Shown: one piece after another, positions 19,692 to 30,695 of the stretch | How positions within the stretch are numbered: position 1 is the stretch's first letter | How the letters are laid out: each line of letters begins with the position of its first letter | Source: a candidate division FCPU426 bacterium | Lineage (GTDB): Bacteria; Oederibacteriota; Muellerivitia; Muellerivitales; Muellerivitaceae | Length of the DNA: 64,000 nucleotides | Direction of reading: 5' to 3' | Assembly (NCBI GenBank): GCA_963796105.1 | Contig: CAWCKJ010000004.1 | Location: forward strand, 640,001 to 704,000 | Translations under genes and position numbers: made by a program | Notes under the pieces: model-generated | What the model saw: the letters and a program-made list of their open reading frames with translations, nothing else | The model's database searches: none | Told to the model about the DNA's origin: nothing

Positions 19692-22163
19692 TTATTTCTC
19701 TTCCGGCTCGTCCAAACCCTCAAGTTTCTTTTTCGAGGTTTTATTCCCATGGGCTACGGCTTTGGTAAACCACCGCGAGGCTTCCTTCTTGTCCTGGGGG
19801 ACACCCAGGCCTTCCTCGTAAAGTTTGCCGATGACCAATTCGGCCCTGCCTAAACCTTTTTCATCCGCCTTCAGGAACCACTTCATGGCCTCCTGGTAAT
19901 CCTGGGGTACGCCATGGCCGTCCCGGTACATAATCCCGATATTCACCATGGCATTGGCGTGACCTTGGCCCGCGGATTTTTGGTACCACTTCATGGCTTC
20001 CTGGTAATCCTGGGTGACGCCCTGGCCTTTCTCATAAAGTTTGCCGATGACCAATTCAGCCCTGCCGAACCCTTTTTCATCCGCCTTCAGGTACCACTTC
20101 ATGGCCCCCTTGTAATCCTGGGGTACGCCATGGCCGTCCCGGTACATGATCCCGATATTCACCATGGCATTGGCGTGACCTTGGCCCGCGGATTTTTGGT
20201 ACCACTTCATGGCTTCCTGGTAATCCTGGGTGACGCCCTTTCCATACTCGTACAGGCAGCCAATATTGTTTAGACCGGAGGAATTCCCATGATCGGCGGC
20301 CTTTTGGTACCACTTCTTGGCTTCCCCGTAATCTTGGGGAACGCCTCTGCCATGCTCATAGAGGCAGCCAATATTACACTCAGCGATGTTATCCCCTTGT
20401 TCAGCGGCCTTCTGGTACCACTTTATGGCTTCTTGGTAATCTTGGGTGACTCCACGGCCATCGTCATATAGAACACCCATATCGCGTTCCGCAATTGCGT
20501 TTCCTTGGTCAGCGGATTTTCGATACCATTTCAGGGCTTCTTGAATATCTTGTGAAACACCTTTCCCAGTCTCGTAGCTATACCCAATACAGCATTCAGC
20601 GTCCGAGTTCCCCTTTTCCGCGGCTTTATGGAACCATTTCATGGCTTCCTGGTAATCCTGGGAAACGCCCCTTCCATTGGAATATAAATCGCCAATATCA
20701 TAATCGGCATCAGCGATTCCTTGTGCGGCGGCCTTCTGGTACCACTTCATGGCTTCTTGGTAATCTTTTGGAATGCTCCATCCCTTTTCATAAAAAACGC
20801 CGATATTGCATTCAGCCCCCCCATTACCTTTCTCAGCGGCTTTCTGGTACCATTTCATCGCTTCCTGGTAATCTTGGCTGACGCCCTCGCTTTTCACGTA
20901 CATAAGACCTATATGAAATTCAGCCTCGGCTGACCCATGGGCGGCGGCCTGTTGACACCACTTCATGGCTTCCTTGAAATCTTGGGTTACGCCATTACCG
21001 TTTTCATACAACCCACCGATATTGTTTTCAGCATCAGCGATCCCTTGTGCAACGGCCTTTTGGTACCACTTCATGGCTTCCTGGTAATCTTTTGGAATGC
21101 CCAATCCCTTTTCATAAAAAACACCGATATTGTTTTCAGCCCTCCCATTACCTTTCTCGGCGGCCTTCTGGTACCACTTCATGGCTTCCTGGTAATCCTG
21201 GGTTACGCCAAACCCTTGGGAATAAAGACTGCCAATCATAAATTCCCCGCCCGAATCCCCTTGCGAGGCGGCCTTTTGGTACCACTTCATGGCTACCTGG
21301 TAATCCTTTTTTACCCCAGTGCCCTTTTCATAATGCCAGCCTAAATTGACCTCGGCTCTTGCCAATCCGGAATCTTCCCGGTAGAGGACCCCGAAATTCC
21401 CGCCAAAAGGATAAGAATGATCATTCCCTCGGTTAGCGGCGTCCTTAAACCATTTCATGGCTTCCTGGTAATCCTGGGTAACACCCATTCCATTCTCAAA
21501 TAAAAAACCAATGTGCATTTGGGCGATCGGTTCATCTCGTTGCGCGGCTTTTCGATACCATGTCATGGCCTCTTGGTAATCCTGCGCGACTCCCAGTCCA
21601 TGCTCGTAGAGACTGCCTATATTGTCCTGAGCGATTGCGAATCCCTGCTCCGCGGCTTTTTGATACCAATTCATGGCTTCTTGGTAATTACGGGTAACGC
21701 CAAATCCTCTGGAATAAAGAAATCCTAATTCGTCTTGGGCTATCGCATTTCCTTTTTCAGCCGCTTTTCGGTACCAATTTAATGCTTCCTTGTAATCCTG
21801 GGTAACACCCCGGCCTTTTGTACAAAAAATACCGACATTACATTCTGCGGATACGTCCCCCTGCATTGCCGCTTTTTGGAACCATTTAAAGGCTTCCTGG
21901 TAATCCTGGGTCACCCCCATACCTTTCGAATATAGCCAGGCAAGTTTGTTTTGGGCTTTTACATTTCCCAGATCAGCGGCTTTTCGGAACCACTCTTGGG
22001 CTTGGCCGTAATCTTTTGCCTTAAGGGCTTCGTCCCCTTTGTTTAAATCCACAAAATCCTCGGGATCAGGGTCAACTCCAGCCCGCAACGCGGGTTGGTT
22101 GTATAAGAAAATTCCAATCGCCAGGATTAACATACAGGGTCTAACAGCGAATATATTTTTCAT
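19692..22163 (-). CDS. Sel1-like repeat protein (about 20 repeats), exported
   Basis: Repeated 36-aa A...IG.LY..G.GV.QDYQEAMKWYQKAA..G units; signal peptide. Confidence 0.95.
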   Translation of the reverse strand: MKNIFAVRPCMLILAIGIFLYNQPALRAGVDPDPEDFVDLNKGDEALKAKDYGQAQEWFRKAADLGNVKAQNKLAWLYSKGMGVTQDYQEAFKWFQKAAMQGDVSAECNVGIFCTKGRGVTQDYKEALNWYRKAAEKGNAIAQDELGFLYSRGFGVTRNYQEAMNWYQKAAEQGFAIAQDNIGSLYEHGLGVAQDYQEAMTWYRKAAQRDEPIAQMHIGFLFENGMGVTQDYQEAMKWFKDAANRGNDHSYPFGGNFGVLYREDSGLARAEVNLGWHYEKGTGVKKDYQVAMKWYQKAASQGDSGGEFMIGSLYSQGFGVTQDYQEAMKWYQKAAEKGNGRAENNIGVFYEKGLGIPKDYQEAMKWYQKAVAQGIADAENNIGGLYENGNGVTQDFKEAMKWCQQAAAHGSAEAEFHIGLMYVKSEGVSQDYQEAMKWYQKAAEKGNGGAECNIGVFYEKGWSIPKDYQEAMKWYQKAAAQGIADADYDIGDLYSNGRGVSQDYQEAMKWFHKAAEKGNSDAECCIGYSYETGKGVSQDIQEALKWYRKSADQGNAIAERDMGVLYDDGRGVTQDYQEAIKWYQKAAEQGDNIAECNIGCLYEHGRGVPQDYGEAKKWYQKAADHGNSSGLNNIGCLYEYGKGVTQDYQEAMKWYQKSAGQGHANAMVNIGIMYRDGHGVPQDYKGAMKWYLKADEKGFGRAELVIGKLYEKGQGVTQDYQEAMKWYQKSAGQGHANAMVNIGIMYRDGHGVPQDYQEAMKWFLKADEKGLGRAELVIGKLYEEGLGVPQDKKEASRWFTKAVAHGNKTSKKKLEGLDEPEEK

Positions 22164-22376
22164 CGCTTAATACCTTTCTTCATTTACTCCTAAATTAACG
22201 TCCCCTCAGGGTTCCCGGATTGGACACGCTAATCAATTCAAAATTTAACAATCAAAACCCGTCCTGAACATGCCGAAGGATTGAGCTTTTGTATAATCCT
22301 TCATTCATAATTTGAAATTGTATTTGAACTTCCCTCCCCTGAATCGCAGCCACAAGCCGCGGTTCACTCTTTGGGT

Positions 22377-22482
22377 GTGCCAATTCACCTTAAAGCAGGT
22401 GATGGAATTGGTACTATACCGAACTTTCATTGAAAGCTTTAATGAGGTTCGGCATGTGCCGGTTCAATAATGGAACCGGCCC
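22377..22482. repeat. three tandem palindromes of the GTRCC/ATRCC family
   Basis: 22377-22414, 22416-22455 and 22456-22482, followed directly by ccccatcgtggaca. Confidence 0.75.
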
Positions 22483-22498
22483 CCATCGTGGACATGGT

Positions 22499-22864
22499 TT
22501 AGCGGGCCTTTAAAACCTTGCGTTGATCGAAAGGGTTGAAGCCGAAAGGCTTGCAAATCTTTAGGATGCTTCCGAACTTCGGGTCTCTATTCTTGGCGAG
22601 TACCCGATAGACACTCTCCCGGGGCATACCCGATTGTTTCGACAACCATCCCACCCCGCCATGGGCTTCCGCAACGTCCCGAAGGGCAAGCTGGAATACG
22701 GATCCGTTGCCGTCGTCTAAGCTTCGATCGTAGGCTTCACGCAAATATTCCCGGGCTTCTTGTGGATCGCTTAGTTTTGAAAGAAGGTAATCTTTAAAAT
22801 CCCCTTCCGCTTGGTATTTCTTTTTCTTAATGGCCGTATTTTTCACGATTCCCCCCTTATTCAT
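22499..22864 (-). CDS. addiction module antidote protein (HigA-like HTH)
   Basis: ALRDVAEAHGG..LS..SGMPRESVYRVL...DPKF. Confidence 0.88.
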   Translation of the reverse strand: MNKGGIVKNTAIKKKKYQAEGDFKDYLLSKLSDPQEAREYLREAYDRSLDDGNGSVFQLALRDVAEAHGGVGWLSKQSGMPRESVYRVLAKNRDPKFGSILKICKPFGFNPFDQRKVLKAR

Positions 22865-23186
22865 TTCTCGCTTTGTGGTCTTTCAAGTATTTACGTGCGG
22901 TCGCGATATCCCTGTCTTGACCCCTTTTTGTTCCTCCGCTCAATAGCAAGACGATGAAACCCCTGACCCAGGTGTAATAAACCCTATAGCCTGGCCCCAT
23001 ATTGATCTTGATTTCGTGAAGACCACCGCCTTTGTTCTCGCAATTACTATAGTTACCTTCCCTTACGCGGCCGATGTAGGTGAGAACAGTGGCACGAGGT
23101 CCCCGGTCCAACGAATCCAACCATTCACGAACAGGGTATTTGCCGTCCTTCGTCAGATAATCCTTCATACCTTGAGGTTTATCCAT
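22857..23186 (-). CDS. RelE/ParE-superfamily addiction module toxin (HigB-like, toxin-first order)
   Basis: GLHEIKINMGPGYRVYY..LLLSGGTKRGQDRDI. Confidence 0.9.
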   Translation of the reverse strand: MDKPQGMKDYLTKDGKYPVREWLDSLDRGPRATVLTYIGRVREGNYSNCENKGGGLHEIKINMGPGYRVYYTWVRGFIVLLLSGGTKRGQDRDIATARKYLKDHKARNE

Positions 23187-23347
23187 GCCTTAAATGTAAC
23201 ACTTGTGTTACATCTTTTCAATAGTTTATTGTTTCCTTCGTTTCTCCGCCGCGGACAACCACGATAACCTTTCGTTCTTATAATGGTTTAAAATTGCGGA
23301 CATCATTCTTTAAATCTTTCCAAACCAATCCGTCTGAAGTTGCGGGA

Positions 23348-24315
23348 TTAGGGGTCGATCTTCAAGCCGATGGAAAAATACCCGCTGTCAATATAACCAT
23401 CCATGGAAAACTGCCGGGAGGTAAAAGTTTCCAAACTGTTGGCCTCGAAATAAAGGGCGAGGCCCTCCCCCGCCTTGACGTCGATTCCAAGCCCCAGCCG
23501 CAGGGCGAAATCCGTCTCGTTGATGCCGGGAGAAGAATAGGGATTCCCGTAAATATCCGTCAGGGTCATGGCATCGATCGAAAGAAGGGTGGGTCCGATG
23601 CCGCTGATCAAATAAAAGTCCACGGAACTGCCCTGCCCGGCCAAAATGAACCTGCCGTTCACTAAAAAAGTAAAGTTGGAGATACCGCCCCCGAGGCGCT
23701 CTCATACTCATAAGGGGAGATAATGTTCTGGGGGAAACTGCAGTATTGCCCGCTGAGGACAAGGGAGGTCATCCGGTTCAAACCCACTCCGTAACCAAAT
23801 CCAAAGCTCGGGCCGGTGGTCCAGTTGGTCGCAAACCCGGCCGGGTTGGTGGGCATCGACCACCCGCCGTTTAAATAAATGGAGTTGAAAATTTGCTTGT
23901 GGGCGGCATGGCCGATCATGGGAAGGGGCGGCAACGGACCGTGGCTGGCCGGGGGGTTGTCCGGCGCCGCCTCGATTTCAGGGGCCGGCATCGACACGGC
24001 TTTTAATTTATCGACGAACGCCTGGAGTTTGGGATTATTCGGGTTGATGTCCAGGCTGGATTCGCAATTCGAAAGGCATTTTTGGGTGTCGTTGAGGCGG
24101 TAATAGGCGTAACCCATGTATTGGTAGGCTTGCCAATCACCGGGGTTCGACTGGACGACTTGCTTGAAATAAGCGATGGCATTCCGCCAGTTCCCCGCCT
24201 GGTATTGTTCTACGCCCACGTGGAAGTTGTCCGCCGCCGCGGCACCGTATCCGTAAAATGGGAACAGGCACAAAACCAGCACCGCCAATAGCTTTTTCAT
24301 ATTCTTCCTTTCCAA
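23348..24315 (-). pseudogene. TPR + outer-membrane beta-barrel protein split by a frameshift (ORFs 23662..24315 and 23348..23662)
   Basis: Signal peptide, TPR, Pro linker and barrel strands continue in another frame; one extra G in the run at 23688-23692 would restore a continuous ORF. Confidence 0.6.
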
Positions 24316-24564
24316 GACAAAGCCGTTTTATATGCCCCGGAACCAGCCTTCCGGGGAAAACAGTAAATTACGAATATTTATTTTATACCTGAAAAGAAGT
24401 TGAAACCCCTGAAAAATAAAAAGCCGCCAACCGGAGTTTTCGGCCCATACCGCTTATCCATTTCAGGCGTTAAGGTAAGCGGTATTGTCCCGGGTTCTTG
24501 GCGCTTTTGCGCCAAGTGGGACAGGGATTTCCGCGTTATTTTTCCAGTTGGGCGGCATCCGGCC

Positions 24565-25101
24565 TCAAGGCTTGGTTTTCCAGCGGCTTATTTCCGTCTC
24601 AGTGAGCTTGTTCCACAAACGCACCTCGAAGGGGCACCCTTTGACAAAAGCCATGCAGGCCGATCGGGGATTCCGGTCGGGCCATTGAATGGGCAGGCTG
24701 GACCGTATGATGGAGGGAGTGATTTTCCGGCTGTCCAATTTCCAGAATTGCTTGTTGAAATAATGCCAAATCAAAACCGTTAATTCGATGAATACGTCCC
24801 CCTGGGCGGCGGTATCCTTGTCCGCGTGAAAGGCCTCCTCCAGGAAACGGCCGAAATTCCGGTTGGAACGGATCACGAGAAGCCCCTGGAAAGGCTCGGA
24901 GAATAGGATGCTTTTTTCCAGGGGAAGGTCCGCCAAACCTTCCGGCGCCCAGTTCACCGGTTCCACCGGAAGGTTGGCGCGCCGGGTCAGGAATTCCTTG
25001 AGGAACTCGAATAGCTCCTTATGGGACGGAACCCCCTGTTCATTATAACTGGCAAGAAGTTCCTCGCCGGAAAGGGGGGGCGGGGGGGTGGGTTCGCTCA
25101 T
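24565..25101 (-). CDS. hypothetical protein, possibly degenerate CheX-like
   Basis: FSEPFQGLLVI and DVFIELT segments loosely resemble CheX; follows PilZ gene on the same strand. Confidence 0.45.
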   Translation of the reverse strand: MSEPTPPPPLSGEELLASYNEQGVPSHKELFEFLKEFLTRRANLPVEPVNWAPEGLADLPLEKSILFSEPFQGLLVIRSNRNFGRFLEEAFHADKDTAAQGDVFIELTVLIWHYFNKQFWKLDSRKITPSIIRSSLPIQWPDRNPRSACMAFVKGCPFEVRLWNKLTETEISRWKTKP

Positions 25102-25128
25102 CTTGCTCCTTTGAACGGGTTTTGGGAA

Positions 25129-25500
25129 TCACCTGCTGGTGGAGGCTTTGGAAAGATAGGTTTTCATGAAACTCACGTCCTCTTCCTCCATAGTCATGAA
25201 TCGTATGCCCCCGCCCGTCTCGTTCGACCAAACCACCTCGGCGGCGGCTTTTATATCCTTCGCCAAGCCCGGGATCGTGATCTCAAGTTCCAAAACGCTC
25301 CCGTCTTTCAACCTTTGGTTCGTTAATAGGCACATGCCCCCCAGGCTGATGTTCAAGGCGGGATGGAGTTTTTTTCCCTTTTTGAGGGTGATTAATTTTT
25401 CGATTTCTTTCGTATCGTTAATCACCTTGAAGGTGATCGGGATTTTAACGCAAATGCGGGGTTCCACCCGCCTTTCTTTTATAAGATAGGCTTCCCGCAT
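25129..25500 (-). CDS. PilZ domain protein
   Basis: ERRVEPR and NISLGG motifs, AEVVW..GIRF. Confidence 0.9.
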   Translation of the reverse strand: MREAYLIKERRVEPRICVKIPITFKVINDTKEIEKLITLKKGKKLHPALNISLGGMCLLTNQRLKDGSVLELEITIPGLAKDIKAAAEVVWSNETGGGIRFMTMEEEDVSFMKTYLSKASTSR

Positions 25501-25950
25501 GAATCTCCCCTTTTAAAACAGCAATACCTGATGGGTGTTAAGGAACCGGCCATTGGAATAAGCGGTTACAACAGGAACCAAATACGTTTCCAGGTTAAAC
25601 ACTCACCAACAATTTGCCAATGAAATAAAATTTCATGGTGTCACTTCATTTATTTTGGTGGAATTTATTTCACGGGTGTTTTTGTGGATTTAACCGCGTA
25701 ACACTTGACCTGGAATAGAAAGCGAAGGGCCTAAAAAAGCAGATTAGAATCGTTTTTACATCGAACGGTGAGCCTCTTTTTGTAACCGGTGCCATGTTTG
25801 TGTTTTCGAGCTCCGGGATTCTCCTCAATTCCTTCTTCCCATTCAAAATCGGGGCGGAGAAACTTCTTCAGATCTTAAATTATTGGTAAGAAATGATCAA
25901 AAGCGGGTGGTTGGTGGCGGTGATGTAATTATAAAATACTGATAGTTTAT

Positions 25951-27000
25951 TTATAAGATTGTATTTAAAAAGGTAACGGTTCCGCTATTGGGTTTCGGGA
26001 AAGTGACGGAATTAGAACCAATGTTCGAGGAAATATAAAATTTAAAATCCGGGTCGATTCCGGAAGCGTAAACATTAACGGTTACGCCGTTAGTGACTCC
26101 GCCGGAAGCAAAGGTCGTTCCGGAAGATGATCCAACGAAACTGTAGTTCCAGGTGGTGCCGCAATCATTGGTGAAGTGGGGAGTAAAAATGTAATAAAGT
26201 GGGTTATAAGCAATAGTAAGCAGCACACTAACTGGATAGTCTCGGTAAATGGTTGCTGGGGATGAAGTTATTTGATAACCAGTAAAATCATTTGCTGCAA
26301 TTGTGTAGGGAACACTTCCGCCGTAACAGGACGATTTATCAATAGAAACTCCCTGCTGGGTTATACCCTCCCCTAAGACAAAATTCGCGGGAATGGATGT
26401 CCAACCGGTAGGTAGTGTTGGAGATTGTATTGTTATCGGAACATTTAAATTGCCGCTTTGGTTGTAAGTAACAGTTAAAGGAATGTCATATTGGGTAGGA
26501 TAAAGATCCAACATTGAAACGGGAGAAACGTTAACCGTATTATTTCCGTTTATAAAAGATACCGCATAATTTCCCGAGCCCGTAACTGGAAATGTTTGGG
26601 AACTCTGATAATAATAATGGTTAATAGTCACACCTGAAGATTGAATTACGTAACTGACCCCGCCTGTTAAGACCTCCGCTGTCCAAGTGCCATTAGTAAT
26701 AGTCGGATTAAATGGGGCATAACCATAAACCGGGACCGTTGTGACAGGCCCGACAGTGTTTCCTGTTGGATCAATAAGAATAATCGGGACATTCTGGATC
26801 GCCGTCTCAGAATCCAAGACAAAAATTTCTATAGATCCACGCGACGGAGTGGGGGTTATCGTCGGCCGGTCCAGTCCATCAGGCGCGTACACTCCCAAAG
26901 GGTGGTCCGTTTTTTGACATCCGGAATTAATAATGAACAGTGGACTTAACCCCGCAAAGGTTAAAAAACCAAAAACGCAGAAAAAATATAAATTTTTCAT
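25951..27000 (-). CDS. beta-rich putative lipoprotein (lower GC than flanks)
   Basis: Hydrophobic leader ending NSGC; T/S/N/G-rich Ig-like sequence. Confidence 0.65.
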   Translation of the reverse strand: MKNLYFFCVFGFLTFAGLSPLFIINSGCQKTDHPLGVYAPDGLDRPTITPTPSRGSIEIFVLDSETAIQNVPIILIDPTGNTVGPVTTVPVYGYAPFNPTITNGTWTAEVLTGGVSYVIQSSGVTINHYYYQSSQTFPVTGSGNYAVSFINGNNTVNVSPVSMLDLYPTQYDIPLTVTYNQSGNLNVPITIQSPTLPTGWTSIPANFVLGEGITQQGVSIDKSSCYGGSVPYTIAANDFTGYQITSSPATIYRDYPVSVLLTIAYNPLYYIFTPHFTNDCGTTWNYSFVGSSSGTTFASGGVTNGVTVNVYASGIDPDFKFYISSNIGSNSVTFPKPNSGTVTFLNTIL

Positions 27001-27204
27001 ATCAACACCCCTCCAAAAAACCTCTCCTTTCCCAATCTCCCCTTTTATTTCCGGCCCATTAATCCCATCGGCCGTACCCGCCCCGCGTCTTCTTGGAAAA
27101 GAAAATCGCTATTTTTGATAAAATTTTTCCAACACAAGGTACCAGCTATATGTACAATATTTCAAATACTTTTTTTTAAATAAAGTGTGGTAAATCTTTA
27201 ACTA

Positions 27205-28431
27205 TTGGTGATCCCTATGAAAACTGCAATATTCTCTTTTCTATTAATACTCGTTTCGGTTCCCGTTTGGGCCGAGGATGACACTTCCTTTTTCAAGGAC
27301 TCAAGCGACTCAAATCAAGAGAACAATTGGGTCCCTCCCCCGCCCCCCAATGAGGATTCCCGGGATCTCCGCTTCCTCCTCCAAGCCGACTTCCAGCAGG
27401 ATTCCGCCATCCAGGGCCAAGCCTTCTCCATGTTCGACCTTTCCGCCAAGCGCCAGTTGGACGAGAACTCGGTCCTGGCGGAGGGCCTGGTGCGGTTCCG
27501 CAAGAGCCTCTCTACTTCTGACGCCACATCCGAGGTGGATCTGCGCTTGGCGAGGATTTCCTATCTGGAGCCCTGGCTCCAGGTAACCTTGGGTCGCTTC
27601 GATCTTTTCCAGATGCTCACCCCCCTGGAGTTTTTCGGGGCCTACCCGGACATGGGCATCCATCGGGTGGACGGGGTCATGGCGACGATCCCCTTCTCTT
27701 TCTTCTTCGGTTTGGGGGACGCCAAAAAAGGCGATGTTCAAGCATCCTCACCCCTGGCCTTGAGCTTTTTCTACACACCCAGCCTTTTCTCGGCCCAGCA
27801 GGTTCAATGGAACATGACTCAGGCCTTCTGGCTCTCACAGCTTCGTTTTCAGATCCCCGGCAACGACGTTGAGGCTGTTTTCAAGATCAACGCGGGCGGG
27901 TCGTCCACGGATTTCTTCAGCTACTCCTCCCTGAACGGAAACCTCGCGGGATCGGCCGCAATGGACCTGATTTTCCAGAAGGACTATGACCTGGTCGCCG
28001 AATACGGGATTCAAAACCTGGACTACTCAACCGACACCAGCGCCTTCGCGGTGGGCTTCCAAGCCTCCCGGCTGGGTACTTGGGGGACCTTCTCCATGGA
28101 CGAGATTGCCCTTGAGGCTCAATTCCCCACGGGACAATCCCTCAACAACCCTTTTACCGGCGGTAACGCCTTCAGCCCCTATTTGGCGGGGACGCCCCAG
28201 GACAGCTGGTATATCAAGATGCGGTGCCGTTTGAAGGTATTGTTTCTGGAGATACATGTCACAAATAACCAGGATGATTACACCCTTGCCCGGCCCATGG
28301 CTGGTTCCATCGCGGTTCCTTTCACAGGCACCTTTGGACCAGGAAATGAGACCAACGGACCTGGAACAACCCTGCGAGCCTTGGCCTATGACAAACCAGC
28401 CTACTTCGCTAGGATCGGGGTGGAGTTTTGA
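27205..28431 (+). CDS. putative outer-membrane beta-barrel/porin-like protein
   Basis: Signal peptide (VWA); VTLGRF; C-terminal ARIGVEF ending in Phe. Confidence 0.6.
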   Translation: MVIPMKTAIFSFLLILVSVPVWAEDDTSFFKDSSDSNQENNWVPPPPPNEDSRDLRFLLQADFQQDSAIQGQAFSMFDLSAKRQLDENSVLAEGLVRFRKSLSTSDATSEVDLRLARISYLEPWLQVTLGRFDLFQMLTPLEFFGAYPDMGIHRVDGVMATIPFSFFFGLGDAKKGDVQASSPLALSFFYTPSLFSAQQVQWNMTQAFWLSQLRFQIPGNDVEAVFKINAGGSSTDFFSYSSLNGNLAGSAAMDLIFQKDYDLVAEYGIQNLDYSTDTSAFAVGFQASRLGTWGTFSMDEIALEAQFPTGQSLNNPFTGGNAFSPYLAGTPQDSWYIKMRCRLKVLFLEIHVTNNQDDYTLARPMAGSIAVPFTGTFGPGNETNGPGTTLRALAYDKPAYFARIGVEF

Positions 28432-29486
28432 GGCGGTTTTTTAGATTTTCCTTGCTTGGGTTTTTTCTTCTCCCGCTTTTCGCGTCCGCGCAAGACACAG
28501 GCGGGGAAATTCCAACCCATTTAAAACAAACGGCGGCCCGGACAAAACAGGTATCATCCGCCAATACCTACCATTTTCAATCCAGCACAGCCTGGGGGGA
28601 TATTAACGTTCTCGTGACGGATTTTTCCGGCTGCTTTAAGGTAGATGTTAAAACCGCCGCCACGGCCATGGGTTGGGTATTGAAAAACGGGAAAACGGGA
28701 AAAACCGTCAGCAAGGGCGGAATAGACCGGGAAAATCAATTCAATTTTCAAGTAAGCCAGGCTTTCGACGGATTTTTCCATCTTAAAATTTTCCTCGCGC
28801 AAGGACGGGAAGAGGTTCCCGTGGGTTTGACCCTTTCTCCCAACTCGGATAAGAAATCCGCAAACGCTATAGGGGCAAGCCCTGATGATTTTGAGGAAAA
28901 CCCGGACCAGCCCTATAACCGCACCGTCAAGGGCCTGTATTTACAGGCCCTATCCGCCTATGACCGGGGCAATGAGCGGGAAGTCCTTAAACTTTTGGAA
29001 AAGGCTGAGGAATTGGATCCCACCCAACCCCAAGTACAGGCCCTTTTAAACAAGGTTCGCATACCCAGCGATAGCGAATCGGGGCCCCTGGCCCAAGCGC
29101 GGGAAGCATTGAAAAAAGGCAATAAGGAGGAAGCCCTAGCGAAAGTCGAGGATTATCTGGATGAACATCCCGATAGCCAGGAAGCCCAACAGTTAAAGGA
29201 CAAAATCGAGGGCAAAGAACGGCCCCCTAAAATAATTAAAAACCATGCCGCCAAGGCTCAGGATATCGTCCCTAAAGAGACGGTACCAGCAAAGCCATTC
29301 ATGAAAGACGAGGACCGGAAAGCCCAGGCAGATCAGGCCTATAACTTGGGTTTGGCGAGTTACGACAAGGGCGATTACGCGGTGGCGAAGAAATTCTGGG
29401 AGCAGACCCTTCAGATTGATCCGGCCAACGTGAAGGCCAAGATGAATTTGGAACACTTAGCGAATGACCATCCGGATTTGAAATAA
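28428..29486 (+). CDS. exported tetratricopeptide repeat protein
   Basis: Signal peptide; TPRs such as AYNLGLASYDKGDYAVAKKFWEQTLQIDP. Confidence 0.8.
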   Translation: MRRFFRFSLLGFFLLPLFASAQDTGGEIPTHLKQTAARTKQVSSANTYHFQSSTAWGDINVLVTDFSGCFKVDVKTAATAMGWVLKNGKTGKTVSKGGIDRENQFNFQVSQAFDGFFHLKIFLAQGREEVPVGLTLSPNSDKKSANAIGASPDDFEENPDQPYNRTVKGLYLQALSAYDRGNEREVLKLLEKAEELDPTQPQVQALLNKVRIPSDSESGPLAQAREALKKGNKEEALAKVEDYLDEHPDSQEAQQLKDKIEGKERPPKIIKNHAAKAQDIVPKETVPAKPFMKDEDRKAQADQAYNLGLASYDKGDYAVAKKFWEQTLQIDPANVKAKMNLEHLANDHPDLK

Positions 29487-29548
29487 CCTTTCACCACAAA
29501 ACTCTTCACACCGCAGTGAAGAGTCGTGTCAGAGATCCAGAGAAAGAC
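29461..29548 (+). repeat. 88-bp direct repeat, copy 1 (TPR gene 3' end + CACCACA repeat)
   Basis: Matches 34755-34842 with 4 mismatches. Confidence 0.85.
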
Positions 29549-29697
29549 CTATCCCCTGGTACTTCCTAAATCAATTTCTCTATAAAAATTTGGGTTAAAC
29601 GGTTTTCAAGCTCATTCCCCGCGCCTTCAATATGATCAAGGGCATAAGCCCTTCCACGTCATCCCACTAGACTTTCATTCATGTCGCGCTGGGCCCC

Positions 29698-30642
29698 ATG
29701 AATCAAACGGCGCCGGGGGTATCCGTGAAAAAGCGTTCCAAGTCCAGAAACCATCTCAAGATCGCCGGGCTGACCCTCTTCTTGCTGGCCGGTTCCCTCT
29801 GCATCCACGCCTGCGGGAGCAATAACCCCCCCTCGAAACCAAGCGGCCCCGTCAACACCCCGACGTCCACCTTTACCCCCACCTCCTCGCCGACCAACCT
29901 CCCGACCCCGTCCCTTGTCGCGACTTGGACCATCAGCGGTCCCATGGGCCTGGCCGTCAGCGGCAACAGCCTTTATGCCTGTAGTTTCGGGACGCCTTCC
30001 AACGTGCAGAAATTCAACTTGAGCGGGACGCCCGACCCTACCTGGCCGAAACCCCAGGTCGATACGCCCTTCGGCATCGCCTTGGACGCGGGCGGCAACG
30101 TTTACGTCTCCAGCGACCACGGGGAAGCCGTCTATGAGTTCAATTCCATGGCCACCCCCGTCGCCACCTACGCCGCCACCAGCAATTCCCCGGCTGTGGC
30201 CCTGGACGCGAGCGGGAACGTTTACGCAGTCCTGGATTCCAACGCCATCGAGAAATTTTTCGCCAGCCAAATTGCCCCCAAGCAGTGGAACACCGGCAGT
30301 TGTCCCAAGGCCATCCAGATCGCGGGCTCGCCCCAGACGATATACGTGGGAACGATAGGAACGTCCTCCGAAAAGGGCACCTTCAACACCATGGATTTAA
30401 ACGGCGCCTACCTTAATAATTCCTGGTACACGTATCAAAATACCAGCGGGCTGGCGTTCAATAGCGCGGGGAACGTATATACGGTGGGCAACGCGCCGGA
30501 TTACGCCAAAGAGTTCACCCTCAGCGGCACCCTCTTGACCCAGTGGGGCCCTTACCGCTCCAACGGGGTCGCCGTGGACGGCAGTGATAACATCTACGTG
30601 TCGGACGACTCTAATAACGCCATATTGAAATTCACTCCCTGA
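29698..30642 (+). CDS. NHL-repeat beta-propeller lipoprotein
   Basis: IHAC lipobox; PFGIALDAGGNVYVS and GVAVDGSDNIYVSD repeats. Confidence 0.85.
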   Translation: MNQTAPGVSVKKRSKSRNHLKIAGLTLFLLAGSLCIHACGSNNPPSKPSGPVNTPTSTFTPTSSPTNLPTPSLVATWTISGPMGLAVSGNSLYACSFGTPSNVQKFNLSGTPDPTWPKPQVDTPFGIALDAGGNVYVSSDHGEAVYEFNSMATPVATYAATSNSPAVALDASGNVYAVLDSNAIEKFFASQIAPKQWNTGSCPKAIQIAGSPQTIYVGTIGTSSEKGTFNTMDLNGAYLNNSWYTYQNTSGLAFNSAGNVYTVGNAPDYAKEFTLSGTLLTQWGPYRSNGVAVDGSDNIYVSDDSNNAILKFTP

Positions 30643-30695
30643 CCTTTTTCTTTTTTCCCTGCGTTTTGCCAGGCAACCGCGCCCCGCTAAAAAAC

